Assembly (NCBI GenBank): GCA_934099115.1
Contig: CAKOPK010000001.1
Span: 17,682 to 81,681, forward strand
Reading direction: 5' to 3'
Length of the DNA: 64,000 nt
Origin: an uncultured Bacilli bacterium
Lineage (GTDB): Bacteria; Bacillota_I; Bacilli_A; RF39; UBA660
Made by a program: the position numbers and the translations under genes. The notes beneath the pieces are model-generated. The model saw nothing but the letters and a program-made list of their open reading frames with translations, made no database searches and was not told the DNA's origin. The stretch's first letter is position 1; each line of letters starts with the position of its first letter. Shown here one piece after another: positions 47,445-56,304 of this stretch.

Positions 47445-49868
47445 TTACCTCTTATTTTGTTCTTCTTTTGGTTGTTGTTCCATTGTTGCAATTGCTATAT
47501 TATTTTCACCTTTTTTACGTTTAATACCTTTATTCATATTGTCAATAGTTGCAACATCATCCCATTTACCATTTGCTTTTAATTCACCTATTATTACATC
47601 CGTATTATCTGCATAATCGCTTCCTACAATACCAGCATTCTTTAGAGCTTCTAAATTTGAGTTATTGCGAATTACGCCTTTTAGTTTAACTGCTTCAACA
47701 CGGACTCCTGATAATTTTGCTTGTAAATCTAGACTATATTTATTCCAATTGTCATTTGATACTAAAACATTATTTTCCAGTCTTAATCTAGCTTCCATTA
47801 AAGCTTGTTCGTATGCTGCTTCATCTGCGATAGTTGCAGTACCTTGGGCTCTTTTTTGCTCTAGTGTTTGTTTTAATTTGGCTACTTGGTCTATTTTTAC
47901 ACCTGCTACTGAAGTTGCACCTTTTTTAACTTCCTTTAAAATTAGTTCATTAATTTTGTCATCAAAATTATCTCTTTGACGAGTTATTTGTTCCATTCTC
48001 TCATTTTCGTCTTTTAATTCTTCTTTGTTTTCAACGCCAAGTATAGAACCAGCAATTCCTAAAGTGTCACTTACATGGCCTAATGCTGTTCTTCCTAAAT
48101 CATCTAAGAAACCTTTCCCTGCACTATGAGATGATTTATAATTTGCTCTTTTGATACGATTTTCCATTGCTACTTTTGAGCCTTTTCTTGATGCTTCTTG
48201 CATATCTTTTAAATTTTTAGCACTGGCACCAGTGCGAAAGCTATGGGCACTTCCACTTAAAACTCCTGCAGTAGTTGAGAATGTACTTTTGGCTGCTCCT
48301 GCTGCGAGATTCGCTGCTTTATGCTTAAAGTCTAAATTATTATTTGTATCCTCTTTCCATTTATTGCGCATATTTCGGGCTCCACTTGTTAGATTTTGTG
48401 CTCCAGAAATTAGACCTCCACCAATGACTGCTCCTGCTGCTAAAGCTCCTCCTTCTTTTAACTTGTCCATAATTCCTAGCTTCATATTTCCGCTCTTTAT
48501 TCCGGTAATGTCTTCTAATAGTTTTGGGAATTGTTTTATAAATACTACTAATCCCATTACGATAATGGCTTTAGCTAATAAGCCTAAATCCTCAAATACT
48601 AAGTTATTTAAATTACTTATTAAATACGCTAAACCACAAACACATATAATGCGTATAAATACTTCTAACCATGTAGTTAAAACTGTTTTTATATAGTTTC
48701 CTAATAAACTTTTATTAGATGGTACGACACTTAATAATAAACAAACAGGGGCTACTAATTCATAAAATGCTAATTTAGCAACACGGACTCCTAAATCTAT
48801 ACAAAAGCTAGCCATCATATAAAGTATTATTAAACCTGCTAGAGTGGATACTAGTGGAAGATAATTCATACTGGTTCCTATAGCAGAATTAAAGGCTGTT
48901 ATAACATCAAAATTGCCTTCATAAAGCATTGCTATTTTGGCAGATTCCCAGGTATATTCTTTTGCGGTAAAAGCATAGCCTGCAGCACTTGTTAGTCCTC
49001 CTAGGGCAGCTCCGCCGAAACAAGATGCGACAATAAAACCAGAAAAAGCCGAAATTGAGCCTGGAATAGCTGCAATTGTTGCAAAACCAGTTGCTGGAGA
49101 AGTTGCTATTTCAAGTCCAACTACAGAAATAGTAGCAGCAGCTCCACCGATACCACAGGCTATAGCGCTTAGTTTAATTCCTTTTGATAAATTAAAATAT
49201 TCACTTGCATTTACCACTACTTCATCGTCTTGTAACCCGTCTATTGGGGCTAGAAAACCATTTAATATTGTATAAGCCATCTCATTTCCATAACTTTCTA
49301 ATATTTTCTTTGAGTAATCTGTTTCTACTTCAATGGTAGCAATGCATTCATTCATATTTTCTTTATTACAATTTTCTAAATAAATATAGTTTCCATTCTC
49401 ATCTTGTAATTTTATTTCTTCAGTTTTATTTGATGTATCACCACTAGATAAAAAGAGTTTAGGGATTGTATTATAAGTTAAAATTGCCTTTTGAAAATCA
49501 TATAAAAAGTCAAAAATTGTAGGAATAACTGCAATTAATACTAGAGCTATTAAAAAATTTTTTAATATTTTAACTCCTCCACTTTCGCTTTTTATGGCAT
49601 TTTCAGGGTTTATTAGAGCTTGCAATAAAGCGTATGCTATTACAAATAATGATACTACTCCGATTATTGCATATACTTTACTTGTAACATTTTTAACCAT
49701 GTCATTATTAAATATTTCTGCTTGTGCTAAAGATAAGTAAATACTATAGAGTTTAGATATTAAACCATATATTTTGGCATCTGCTAAAAGTAAAAGTGGA
49801 ATTATGCCATCTACTATTCCTATAAAAGGATTAAAACTTATTAGAAAAGTCGTTAGTATTTTTTTCAT
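47445..49868 (-). CDS. 807-aa polytopic membrane protein with a Gly/Ala-rich core and a ~330-aa hydrophilic coiled-coil-like tail
   Basis: At least 8 TM helices, G/A/S-rich helices (ACGIGGAAATISVVGLEIATSPATGFATIAAIPG...), and a charged C-terminal half. AAGGAGA RBS. The architecture recalls VirB6/TrbL/ConG-type proteins, but this is by eye only. Confidence 0.6.
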   Translation of the reverse strand: MKKILTTFLISFNPFIGIVDGIIPLLLLADAKIYGLISKLYSIYLSLAQAEIFNNDMVKNVTSKVYAIIGVVSLFVIAYALLQALINPENAIKSESGGVKILKNFLIALVLIAVIPTIFDFLYDFQKAILTYNTIPKLFLSSGDTSNKTEEIKLQDENGNYIYLENCNKENMNECIATIEVETDYSKKILESYGNEMAYTILNGFLAPIDGLQDDEVVVNASEYFNLSKGIKLSAIACGIGGAAATISVVGLEIATSPATGFATIAAIPGSISAFSGFIVASCFGGAALGGLTSAAGYAFTAKEYTWESAKIAMLYEGNFDVITAFNSAIGTSMNYLPLVSTLAGLIILYMMASFCIDLGVRVAKLAFYELVAPVCLLLSVVPSNKSLLGNYIKTVLTTWLEVFIRIICVCGLAYLISNLNNLVFEDLGLLAKAIIVMGLVVFIKQFPKLLEDITGIKSGNMKLGIMDKLKEGGALAAGAVIGGGLISGAQNLTSGARNMRNKWKEDTNNNLDFKHKAANLAAGAAKSTFSTTAGVLSGSAHSFRTGASAKNLKDMQEASRKGSKVAMENRIKRANYKSSHSAGKGFLDDLGRTALGHVSDTLGIAGSILGVENKEELKDENERMEQITRQRDNFDDKINELILKEVKKGATSVAGVKIDQVAKLKQTLEQKRAQGTATIADEAAYEQALMEARLRLENNVLVSNDNWNKYSLDLQAKLSGVRVEAVKLKGVIRNNSNLEALKNAGIVGSDYADNTDVIIGELKANGKWDDVATIDNMNKGIKRKKGENNIAIATMEQQPKEEQNKR

Positions 49869-49878
49869 AGGCGTCTCC

Positions 49879-49913
49879 TTACTACAAAGATATTATAATA
49901 TTCTTTGTAGTAA
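49879..49913. promoter_or_regulatory. 12-bp perfect inverted repeat around a TATAAT box (operator or 5'-UTR hairpin)
   Basis: TTACTACAAAGA-TATTATAATAT-TCTTTGTAGTAA. The left arm abuts or overlaps the RBS of the 807-aa gene. It lies in the divergent intergenic region shared with the XRE gene. Confidence 0.55.
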
Positions 49914-49982
49914 AAAGCAATATTTTTTCTAGTAAGGTTTAAAATTCTTATTAGTAGGTATAATAATTTTAGGTGAATTGGT

Positions 49983-50357
49983 ATGAGGATAAATGATAAA
50001 GATGATTATAATAAAGTTAAAAGTACTATTAATATGGAAAATTTAAAAAAAATTAGAATTAGCAAGGGATATGGAATTGTTAAGACTGCTTCTTTGGCCA
50101 GCTTAACAGAGTCCACTATTTCTGCTTACGAGTGTAATTTAAAAATACCCTCTCTTCCTAGTTTAATTAATCTTGCTAATACTTTTAATTGCTCTTTAGA
50201 TTATTTAATTGGTAGAACTAATAATCCTACTCCTATTGTAGATAGTAAAAATGAAGAGTTTGATTTTTTGGTTAATAACTACTTAGAATTATCTGATATT
50301 AATAAATTAAAAGTAGAAGCCTATATAAAAGGTTTATTAGATAGTCAAAAGCAATAG
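49983..50357 (+). CDS. XRE-family HTH regulator (single HTH)
   Basis: MENLKKIRISKGY...ESTISAYECNLKIPSLPSLINLANTFNCSLDYLIGRT. The start could also be ATG 50034. Confidence 0.7.
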   Translation: MRINDKDDYNKVKSTINMENLKKIRISKGYGIVKTASLASLTESTISAYECNLKIPSLPSLINLANTFNCSLDYLIGRTNNPTPIVDSKNEEFDFLVNNYLELSDINKLKVEAYIKGLLDSQKQ

Positions 50358-50385
50358 AACGTTGATATTCTATTGCTTTTATTTT
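50351..50385 (+). terminator. rho-independent terminator
   Basis: GCAATAGAA-CGTTGATA-TTCTATTGC (9 bp) followed by TTTTATTTT. The first arm contains the stop codon. Confidence 0.85.
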
Positions 50386-50651
50386 GGAGGCTTATTTATA
50401 AGTTAAACTTTATTTATTATTTAAATATTATCTTCTTAAATTAAAAAGCAAAATGGAAAACATAATGTTATTTGTTTCATCAAAATATAAAAAAGGAGAC
50501 ATTTTTGTCTAAAATAGGTTCTTTTTATATGCAAAAAATTAAATTTATTTTAAGAGATTAGAATCGTATTTTATTCTATTTTTTGTGTTGCCTACCCTGT
50601 TACCTACTTGTGGGCTACGAACCGTTTTTAACGGTGTTTAACGGATATCTT

Positions 50652-50693
50652 AACAAAAGAAAAACCCCATAAACACTGAGTTTATGAGGGTTT
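50652..50693 (-). terminator. rho-independent terminator of rplM-rpsI
   Basis: On the minus strand: CCCTCATAAA-CTCAGTG-TTTATGGGG (one bulge) followed by TTTTTCTTTTG. Confidence 0.8.
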
Positions 50694-50708
50694 AAAGAAA
50701 ACAATTTA

Positions 50709-51125
50709 CTATCTCTTAGAGAATTGTGGTGCACGACGAGCTTTTTTAAGACCGTATTTTTTACGTTCTTTAACTCTTGCATCTCTTGTTAAGAAACCAT
50801 TTGTTTTTAAAATTTTACGATAAGAATCATCTCTTGTTTGGTCTGTATTAGCATCAAATTTTAATAATGCTCTTGCAATACCTAAACGGATAGCTCCAGC
50901 TTGTCCTGAATATCCGCCACCTTTTACAGTAACTTCAATATCAAAACGATTTAAGTTATCAGTTTCTACTAATGGTTGAGTTAAATCCATAACTAAAATT
51001 TGATTTGGGAAATACTCTTTAACATCTACACCATTTACGGTGATATTTCCAGTTCCGCCTACTAATCTAACAGATGCAGAACTTCTTTTACGACGACCTG
51101 TTGCAGTCCATACTTGTTTTGCCAT
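50709..51125 (-). CDS. rpsI: 30S ribosomal protein S9
   Basis: 138 aa, ...[19 protein letters not shown]...[18 protein letters not shown]. Confidence 0.96.
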   Translation of the reverse strand: MAKQVWTATGRRKRSSASVRLVGGTGNITVNGVDVKEYFPNQILVMDLTQPLVETDNLNRFDIEVTVKGGGYSGQAGAIRLGIARALLKFDANTDQTRDDSYRKILKTNGFLTRDARVKERKKYGLKKARRAPQFSKR

Positions 51126-51136
51126 ATATTATCCTC

Positions 51137-51568
51137 CTAATCAATTTTTAAAGCTTCTGGTTTTTGTGCTTCATGTTTGTGGTTTGCATCAGCATATACA
51201 AATAATTTTTTGCCCATAGCTCTTCCTAACGGTCCATGGGGAAGCATACCTTTAATAGCTCTTTCTACCATTTCTTCTGGATATTTTTCAATCATTGTAC
51301 GAGCATTTCTTTCTCTTAATCCTCCTGGAAATCCAGAGTGATTATAGTACTTCTTATCTTCTAATTTGTTTCCTGTTAAAACTACTTTATTAGCATTAAT
51401 AACAATAACATAGTCTCCACAATCAACATATGGAGTATAAGTTACTTTATGTTTTCCTCTTAAAATAGTTGCAGCTTTAGTAGCTAATCTACCTAAAGTT
51501 TGTCCTTCAGCATCGATTACATACCATTTGCGTTCAATGTTTTCTTTTGTTTGCATGAATGTCTTCAT
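51137..51568 (-). CDS. rplM: 50S ribosomal protein L13
   Basis: 143 aa, [30 protein letters not shown]. Confidence 0.96.
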   Translation of the reverse strand: MKTFMQTKENIERKWYVIDAEGQTLGRLATKAATILRGKHKVTYTPYVDCGDYVIVINANKVVLTGNKLEDKKYYNHSGFPGGLRERNARTMIEKYPEEMVERAIKGMLPHGPLGRAMGKKLFVYADANHKHEAQKPEALKID

Positions 51569-51649
51569 ATTTTTTTCCTTTCATTAGTTTTCGTTACTTT
51601 CACTTTCCCACGGCTAGGTAACTAGAACAAATAAAATGTACCATTTAAA

Positions 51650-51678
51650 ATTATATGTGAAACCTAAGCATTTGTCAA
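51650..51678 (-). promoter_or_regulatory. sigma-A-type promoter of rplM-rpsI
   Basis: On the minus strand: TTGACA (51678-51673), 17 nt, TATAAT (51655-51650). Followed by a ~75-nt leader with small hairpins, which may be an L13-type leader. Confidence 0.7.
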
Positions 51679-51699
51679 ATAAAATATGATCTTTTTGTG

Positions 51700-52437
51700 T
51701 TAATTTCGTGTTTTTTTATATTTTATTTTATTTAAGTATAGACCATTAGGGATTGCTGTTGTAAATTGTTTTTTTATTTCTGGGTATTCTAGAGCTTCTT
51801 TTATATCTTCTATACTGTTTTTTTCTTTACTAACATCTAACATAGCTCCTACTAAATTTCTTACCATATATCGATAAAAGCTTCTGCCTATAAATTTTAT
51901 TTCTAAAATATTCTTTTTTTGTTTAAATTTTATTTTATAGATAATACATTCATAGTTATCTCTTTCACCTGCGACAAAATTTTGGAAATTGTGGATACCT
52001 AAAAATAGTTTGGAACATTCTTTCATTTTTTTAATGTTTAGTTTTTCTTTTGGTTGATAATAATAATCTGTATATAAAGGATTATATGTGCCTAGATTTA
52101 TTTTATAAATATATTCTTTTCTTAAAGTATTAAATCTGGGATGAAAACTATTTGGTACTATGCTTATATCTCTTATATGAATATAGGGCTCTATAAGGGA
52201 GTTTAATGCTCTTTTTAAATGATTTGGTTCTATGTTTATGTTTAATTCAAATGTTGCTTTTTGATTATAGGCATGTACTCCTTTATCTGTTCTTCCTGCT
52301 CCTTTTATTTTAATACTCTCTTTAGCAATTAAACTTAGGGCTTCTTCTATTTTCTTTTGAATAGTATCTAAATCATTTAATCTTTGAAAACCGTAAAACT
52401 TAGAGCCATCATAAGCGATACTTATTAAATATTTCAT
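51700..52437 (-). CDS. truA: tRNA pseudouridine(38-40) synthase
   Basis: YDGSKFYGFQ and GAGRTDKGVHA (catalytic Asp) motifs, 245 aa. Confidence 0.9.
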   Translation of the reverse strand: MKYLISIAYDGSKFYGFQRLNDLDTIQKKIEEALSLIAKESIKIKGAGRTDKGVHAYNQKATFELNINIEPNHLKRALNSLIEPYIHIRDISIVPNSFHPRFNTLRKEYIYKINLGTYNPLYTDYYYQPKEKLNIKKMKECSKLFLGIHNFQNFVAGERDNYECIIYKIKFKQKKNILEIKFIGRSFYRYMVRNLVGAMLDVSKEKNSIEDIKEALEYPEIKKQFTTAIPNGLYLNKIKYKKTRN

Positions 52438-53054
52438 TTGTTCTCCTTTAAGCGATAAATAGCTTTTAGTAAATCAGCTTCATTTTTATAATTTTCTATT
52501 TTCAAGCCTTTTGCTCTTATTAAATCTGTTATATCTATTATATCTGGTTTATCTATAACATCTAGAATATTAAAATATTCTTCTTTATTAATATAATTAA
52601 TTTTCATATATTCATCTACTAGTATTATTTTTTTACATATTTCCCATAGAAATGTTATATCATTTGTAAATATTAAAATTGTCTTATGATATGTATTAGC
52701 TATTTTTTTAAATAGTCTTTTAAAATAATCTTTTTCTTCTTTATTTAAACCTTTTTCAAAATAATCTAAGACAATATATTCTTTATTTTCTATTAAAACT
52801 TTAGCTAAATTTATACGTTTAATTTCACTTTCTGAACATTCACTTATTCTTTTATTTTCTATATTTTCATCTAGTAATACCATTTTTAAGCTAGATAAGC
52901 TTTTTTCACTTTTTAAATATTCTTTTACTGTTATTTCTGGTTTATAATCATTTACTATTCCATAGTTTTCATTATTGGTTGTTAAGTTTAGATTTCCTAT
53001 TAAGCCATATATTTCTTCTGTTTGTAAATTATCTAACAATCTTTTTACTTCCAT
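52434..53054 (-). CDS. degenerate EcfA-like ABC ATPase homologue (Walker A, signature, Walker B Glu and H-loop all altered)
   Basis: GLIGNLNLTTNN replaces GxxGxGKS. CSESEIKRINLAKVL replaces LSGGQ. YIVLDYFEKGL replaces the Walker B region. IFTND replaces the H-loop. Sits in the ecfA' position immediately upstream of truA. Confidence 0.6.
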   Translation of the reverse strand: MEVKRLLDNLQTEEIYGLIGNLNLTTNNENYGIVNDYKPEITVKEYLKSEKSLSSLKMVLLDENIENKRISECSESEIKRINLAKVLIENKEYIVLDYFEKGLNKEEKDYFKRLFKKIANTYHKTILIFTNDITFLWEICKKIILVDEYMKINYINKEEYFNILDVIDKPDIIDITDLIRAKGLKIENYKNEADLLKAIYRLKENK

Positions 53055-53635
53055 AAAGCATTCACCAAGCTTTCTTTTGTATAATATGTTTCATTTAAAA
53101 GATTATAGTATTTTAAATCATTTGATAGAGTAACTACTAATGGTAAATGAAATCCTAGTTTATTTAATATTTTTTCTTCTTTTAAGATTTCTTCTTTTGT
53201 TCCTTCCATTACTATTCCTTGTTTATTTATAACTATTATATAGTCTAAATATAAAGTTTCTTCTATTTCTGTTGTATAATTTATAATTTGTTTATCAGTT
53301 TCTTTTAAATGCTCTATTAGTTGTTCTTTAAATTCTTTATCTAAATAAGTTAAAATATTATATAAGACTACGGTTTTGTTTGCATCTATAAGATTAGTTA
53401 AAATACTAATTTTAAGATTATCTATTTTACTTAAATCACTTTTTGTTTTTAAATCTGTTATTTTAAATTTTAAAAGCATACTATCTGGTATTTCTTCTAT
53501 ATGACCATAATCATCTTTAGAGAGAATTGTACAGTTGTTTTTTATTAAATCCATTGTATCTTCTTTATAGTTAATAGTAGAAGAACAAAGAATGGTTGTA
53601 TTTAGATTGGGTATTTGTTTATCTTTTATATTCAT
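53045..53635 (-). CDS. degenerate EcfA-like ABC ATPase homologue lacking any Walker A region
   Basis: LSKIDNLKISILTNL replaces LSGGQ. VVLYNILTYLD replaces Walker B. The EcfA-type C-terminus is retained (GTKEEILKEEKILNKLGFHLPLVVTLSNDL). Overlaps the next ORF by 10 nt. Confidence 0.6.
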   Translation of the reverse strand: MNIKDKQIPNLNTTILCSSTINYKEDTMDLIKNNCTILSKDDYGHIEEIPDSMLLKFKITDLKTKSDLSKIDNLKISILTNLIDANKTVVLYNILTYLDKEFKEQLIEHLKETDKQIINYTTEIEETLYLDYIIVINKQGIVMEGTKEEILKEEKILNKLGFHLPLVVTLSNDLKYYNLLNETYYTKESLVNALWK

Positions 53636-53770
53636 AAGTCCTCCTTTTTATATCATAACAAATAATTATTCTTTTTTAAAGAAAAAGTTCTTGTATTTAA
53701 TATTCTTTTATGATAAACTTAAGTATGTAAAGTGTTCTACATTTTACAGAGTAGAGGAAGTATATTTTAA

Positions 53771-53800
53771 AACAGATATGTGAGGTCATATCTGTTTTTT
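53771..53800 (-). terminator. hairpin terminator downstream of rpmE
   Basis: AACAGATATG-TGAGGT-CATATCTGTT (10 bp). The T-run is strong on the plus side and short on the minus side. Confidence 0.5.
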
Positions 53801-53844
53801 AGTTAGATAAATAAAAAATGTTAGTAAGTTTGCACTTATTAACA

Positions 53845-54054
53845 TTATTTTTCGTCTGTTAAACCATATTTACGGTTGAATTTTTCAATTGTTCCAGTTT
53901 TCTTTACTTTTCCTTGTGCTCCAGTATAGAATGGATGACATTCACTACAGATTTCTACTTGGATGTTTTCTTTTGTAGAATGGGTTTTAAATGTTGCTCC
54001 ACATGCACAAGTAATTGTTGCTTCTTTTGTTTCTGGATGAATTCCTTTTTTCAT
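53845..54054 (-). CDS. rpmE: 50S ribosomal protein L31 (Zn-binding type A)
   Basis: MKKGIHPE...TCACG...[10 protein letters not shown]. Confidence 0.95.
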   Translation of the reverse strand: MKKGIHPETKEATITCACGATFKTHSTKENIQVEICSECHPFYTGAQGKVKKTGTIEKFNRKYGLTDEK

Positions 54055-54147
54055 AATTTCCCTCCTGCCATATCAAATTTTTTGACATAGTTAAACTTGT
54101 TTGTCTTTAAGTATTATATCATATTTTTTTATCTTTACAAGAAAAAA

Positions 54148-54816
54148 CTAAAGCTTTTTTATTATTTCACTGTAAATAGCTTTATTTCCTAAATAATTTA
54201 AATAATAATTATTGGGTTCAAAATAATAATTATTGTCTGTTAAAATTGTACTAATATCTATGAATATAAAATTATAACTAGAACACAGTTCTCTTAGACT
54301 TGTATTTATTTTATTTATGCTTAATAATTCTTTCTTTTTTATAGTATAGAGGCCTGTTACAATTACTTTTTTATTATTTAAGCTTTTTATTAGCTTTAAT
54401 AGTTCTTCCATATCTTTTAAATAGTCTTTTATAATATCTAGGGTTATTTTATCTTCTGATAGTTCATCCATTCCAATGGTAATTGTAAGTATATTGGCAT
54501 TATTAATTATTTGTTGAATTCCTTGTTTTTTATCGTTAATAATTAAGCTTTTATTTTCTTTTATTTCATAAGTTAATTCTTTTACAGTTTTTCCTACACT
54601 GGCATATTCGTAATAGCTATGAAGTTCACGATTACTATTATATTTTTCTTTTAAATAGTCATTAAAACTGTAACCTTTTATATTATAGGGTGTCATTCCT
54701 AAAGAGATAGCGTCTCCAATAGCAACAATATTTATCTCTTCTTTTTTTGTATAAAAATAAATTAATATAGATATCATAGAACTTACTAGAGTAATAATAA
54801 TAATTTTCTTTTTCAT
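54148..54816 (-). CDS. membrane-anchored SGNH/GDSL-like protein with non-canonical catalytic positions
   Basis: N-terminal TM helix. Block I reads AIGDAISLG (GDA rather than GDS). The C-terminal block reads NNYYLNYLGNKAI where DxxH is expected. ATG 54816 lies behind AGGGGTG. Confidence 0.55.
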   Translation of the reverse strand: MKKKIIIITLVSSMISILIYFYTKKEEINIVAIGDAISLGMTPYNIKGYSFNDYLKEKYNSNRELHSYYEYASVGKTVKELTYEIKENKSLIINDKKQGIQQIINNANILTITIGMDELSEDKITLDIIKDYLKDMEELLKLIKSLNNKKVIVTGLYTIKKKELLSINKINTSLRELCSSYNFIFIDISTILTDNNYYFEPNNYYLNYLGNKAIYSEIIKKL

Positions 54817-54849
54817 AAACACCCCTATAAAAAAATATAGTATATTATA

Positions 54850-56103
54850 CTATATTTCTATTATTTCTATTTTAGCACCAACTTGTTCTAGTTTATTTTC
54901 AATATTTTCATATCCTCTTAATATATGTTCTACATCAGTTATTTTTGTTGTTCCTTTGGCTTTTAAGGCTGCTAATACTAGAGCTGCTCCTCCTCTTAGG
55001 TCTGTTGCTATTACATCACATCCTGTTAGTTTTGTTGGGCCTGTAATTATAGCCGTCATACCGTTTACTTTAATATTTGCTCCCATTTTATTTAATGATG
55101 GAACATGACCCATTCGATTTTCCCATATAGTTTCTTCAAATATAGAAGTTCCTTCGGCTTGAGTTAATAAAACACTCATTGGTTGACCTATATCAGTTGG
55201 AAATCCTGGATAAACTAATGTTTTAATATTAATTGGTTTTAAATGTTCTACTTGATTGATTGTTATTTTATTAGCTTCTATTTTTATGTCTGCTCCCATA
55301 TCTTCTAATTTAGTTGTTAAGGCTTCTAAATGTTCTGGAATAATATTTTCTACACTTAAATTATTTCCACATAAAGCTCCTAAAATAATATATGTTCCTG
55401 CTTCTATTCTATCTGGTAATACTGTTATTTCTCCTCCATGTAGTTCTTTTACCCCTTCAATAGTTATTTCATTAGTTCCTATTCCAGTAATTTTAGCGCC
55501 CATTTTAACTAAGAAATTAGCTATATTATCTATTTCTGCTTCTTTAGCAGCATTATGAATAATAGTAGTACCTTCTGCTAAGACACTTGCTAACATTAAG
55601 TTTATAGTAGCTCCTACACTTTGAAATCTTAAATAAATATCTGTTCCTATTAATTTATCTGCTTTTAATATATATTTATTTCCTTCCGTAATAATTTCTG
55701 CTCCTAAAGCTTTAAAACCATCTAAATGAATATCTATTGGTCTTTTACCTATATTACATCCTCCAGGTATATATATTTCTACATATTTTTCTTTTCCTAA
55801 TAATGCGCCCATAAAATAATAAGATGCTCTTAATCTACTAGAATGATAATCATCTATTAAAGTATTTTTTAAAGCTGTTGTATCAATTATAAGTTCATCT
55901 TCTTTTAATGTAGTTTTACAATTTAAGACATTTAATATATCTATTAAAGCATCTCTATCTGATATATTAGGAACATTTTTTATAACTGATATTCCATTTG
56001 CTAGTACTGCTGCTGGTAATAGGGCTACTGCACTATTTTTAGCACCTCCTATTTTAATACTTCCTGTTAGAGTATTACCTCCATTAATTATCATTTGTTT
56101 CAT
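54850..56103 (-). CDS. murA: UDP-N-acetylglucosamine 1-carboxyvinyltransferase
   Basis: GAKNSAVALLPAA and PGGCNIGKRPID (active-site Cys) motifs, 417 aa. Confidence 0.95.
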   Translation of the reverse strand: MKQMIINGGNTLTGSIKIGGAKNSAVALLPAAVLANGISVIKNVPNISDRDALIDILNVLNCKTTLKEDELIIDTTALKNTLIDDYHSSRLRASYYFMGALLGKEKYVEIYIPGGCNIGKRPIDIHLDGFKALGAEIITEGNKYILKADKLIGTDIYLRFQSVGATINLMLASVLAEGTTIIHNAAKEAEIDNIANFLVKMGAKITGIGTNEITIEGVKELHGGEITVLPDRIEAGTYIILGALCGNNLSVENIIPEHLEALTTKLEDMGADIKIEANKITINQVEHLKPINIKTLVYPGFPTDIGQPMSVLLTQAEGTSIFEETIWENRMGHVPSLNKMGANIKVNGMTAIITGPTKLTGCDVIATDLRGGAALVLAALKAKGTTKITDVEHILRGYENIENKLEQVGAKIEIIEI

Positions 56104-56304
56104 GTAAACACACCCTTTACTTCTAAGTTATAAGCTAGGCACTTATACTATTTTTTATGTTAAATATTTTTTTTAGTGCATATTAAAAGAAATTTATAAA
56201 TTTCTAATATTACTATATCTTACTTTTCTAACGTTTGTCAATCTTTTTAAAGATTACTTTACTTTTATGAATAATTTTTTTCTTTTTTCTCTTAATTATT
56301 ACAG

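Noticed and set aside
53592-53783. 63-aa plus-strand ORF and 57454-57720 88-aa ORF in intergenic or terminator regions.
   Set aside because: No RBS is present, they overlap terminator hairpins and gene ends, and they have low-complexity composition.
56104-56304. Possible sigma-F-type promoter (TGCATA at about 56178) upstream of spoIIR.
   Set aside because: The expected GG-containing -10 element is not present at the right spacing, so I could not support it from sequence alone.
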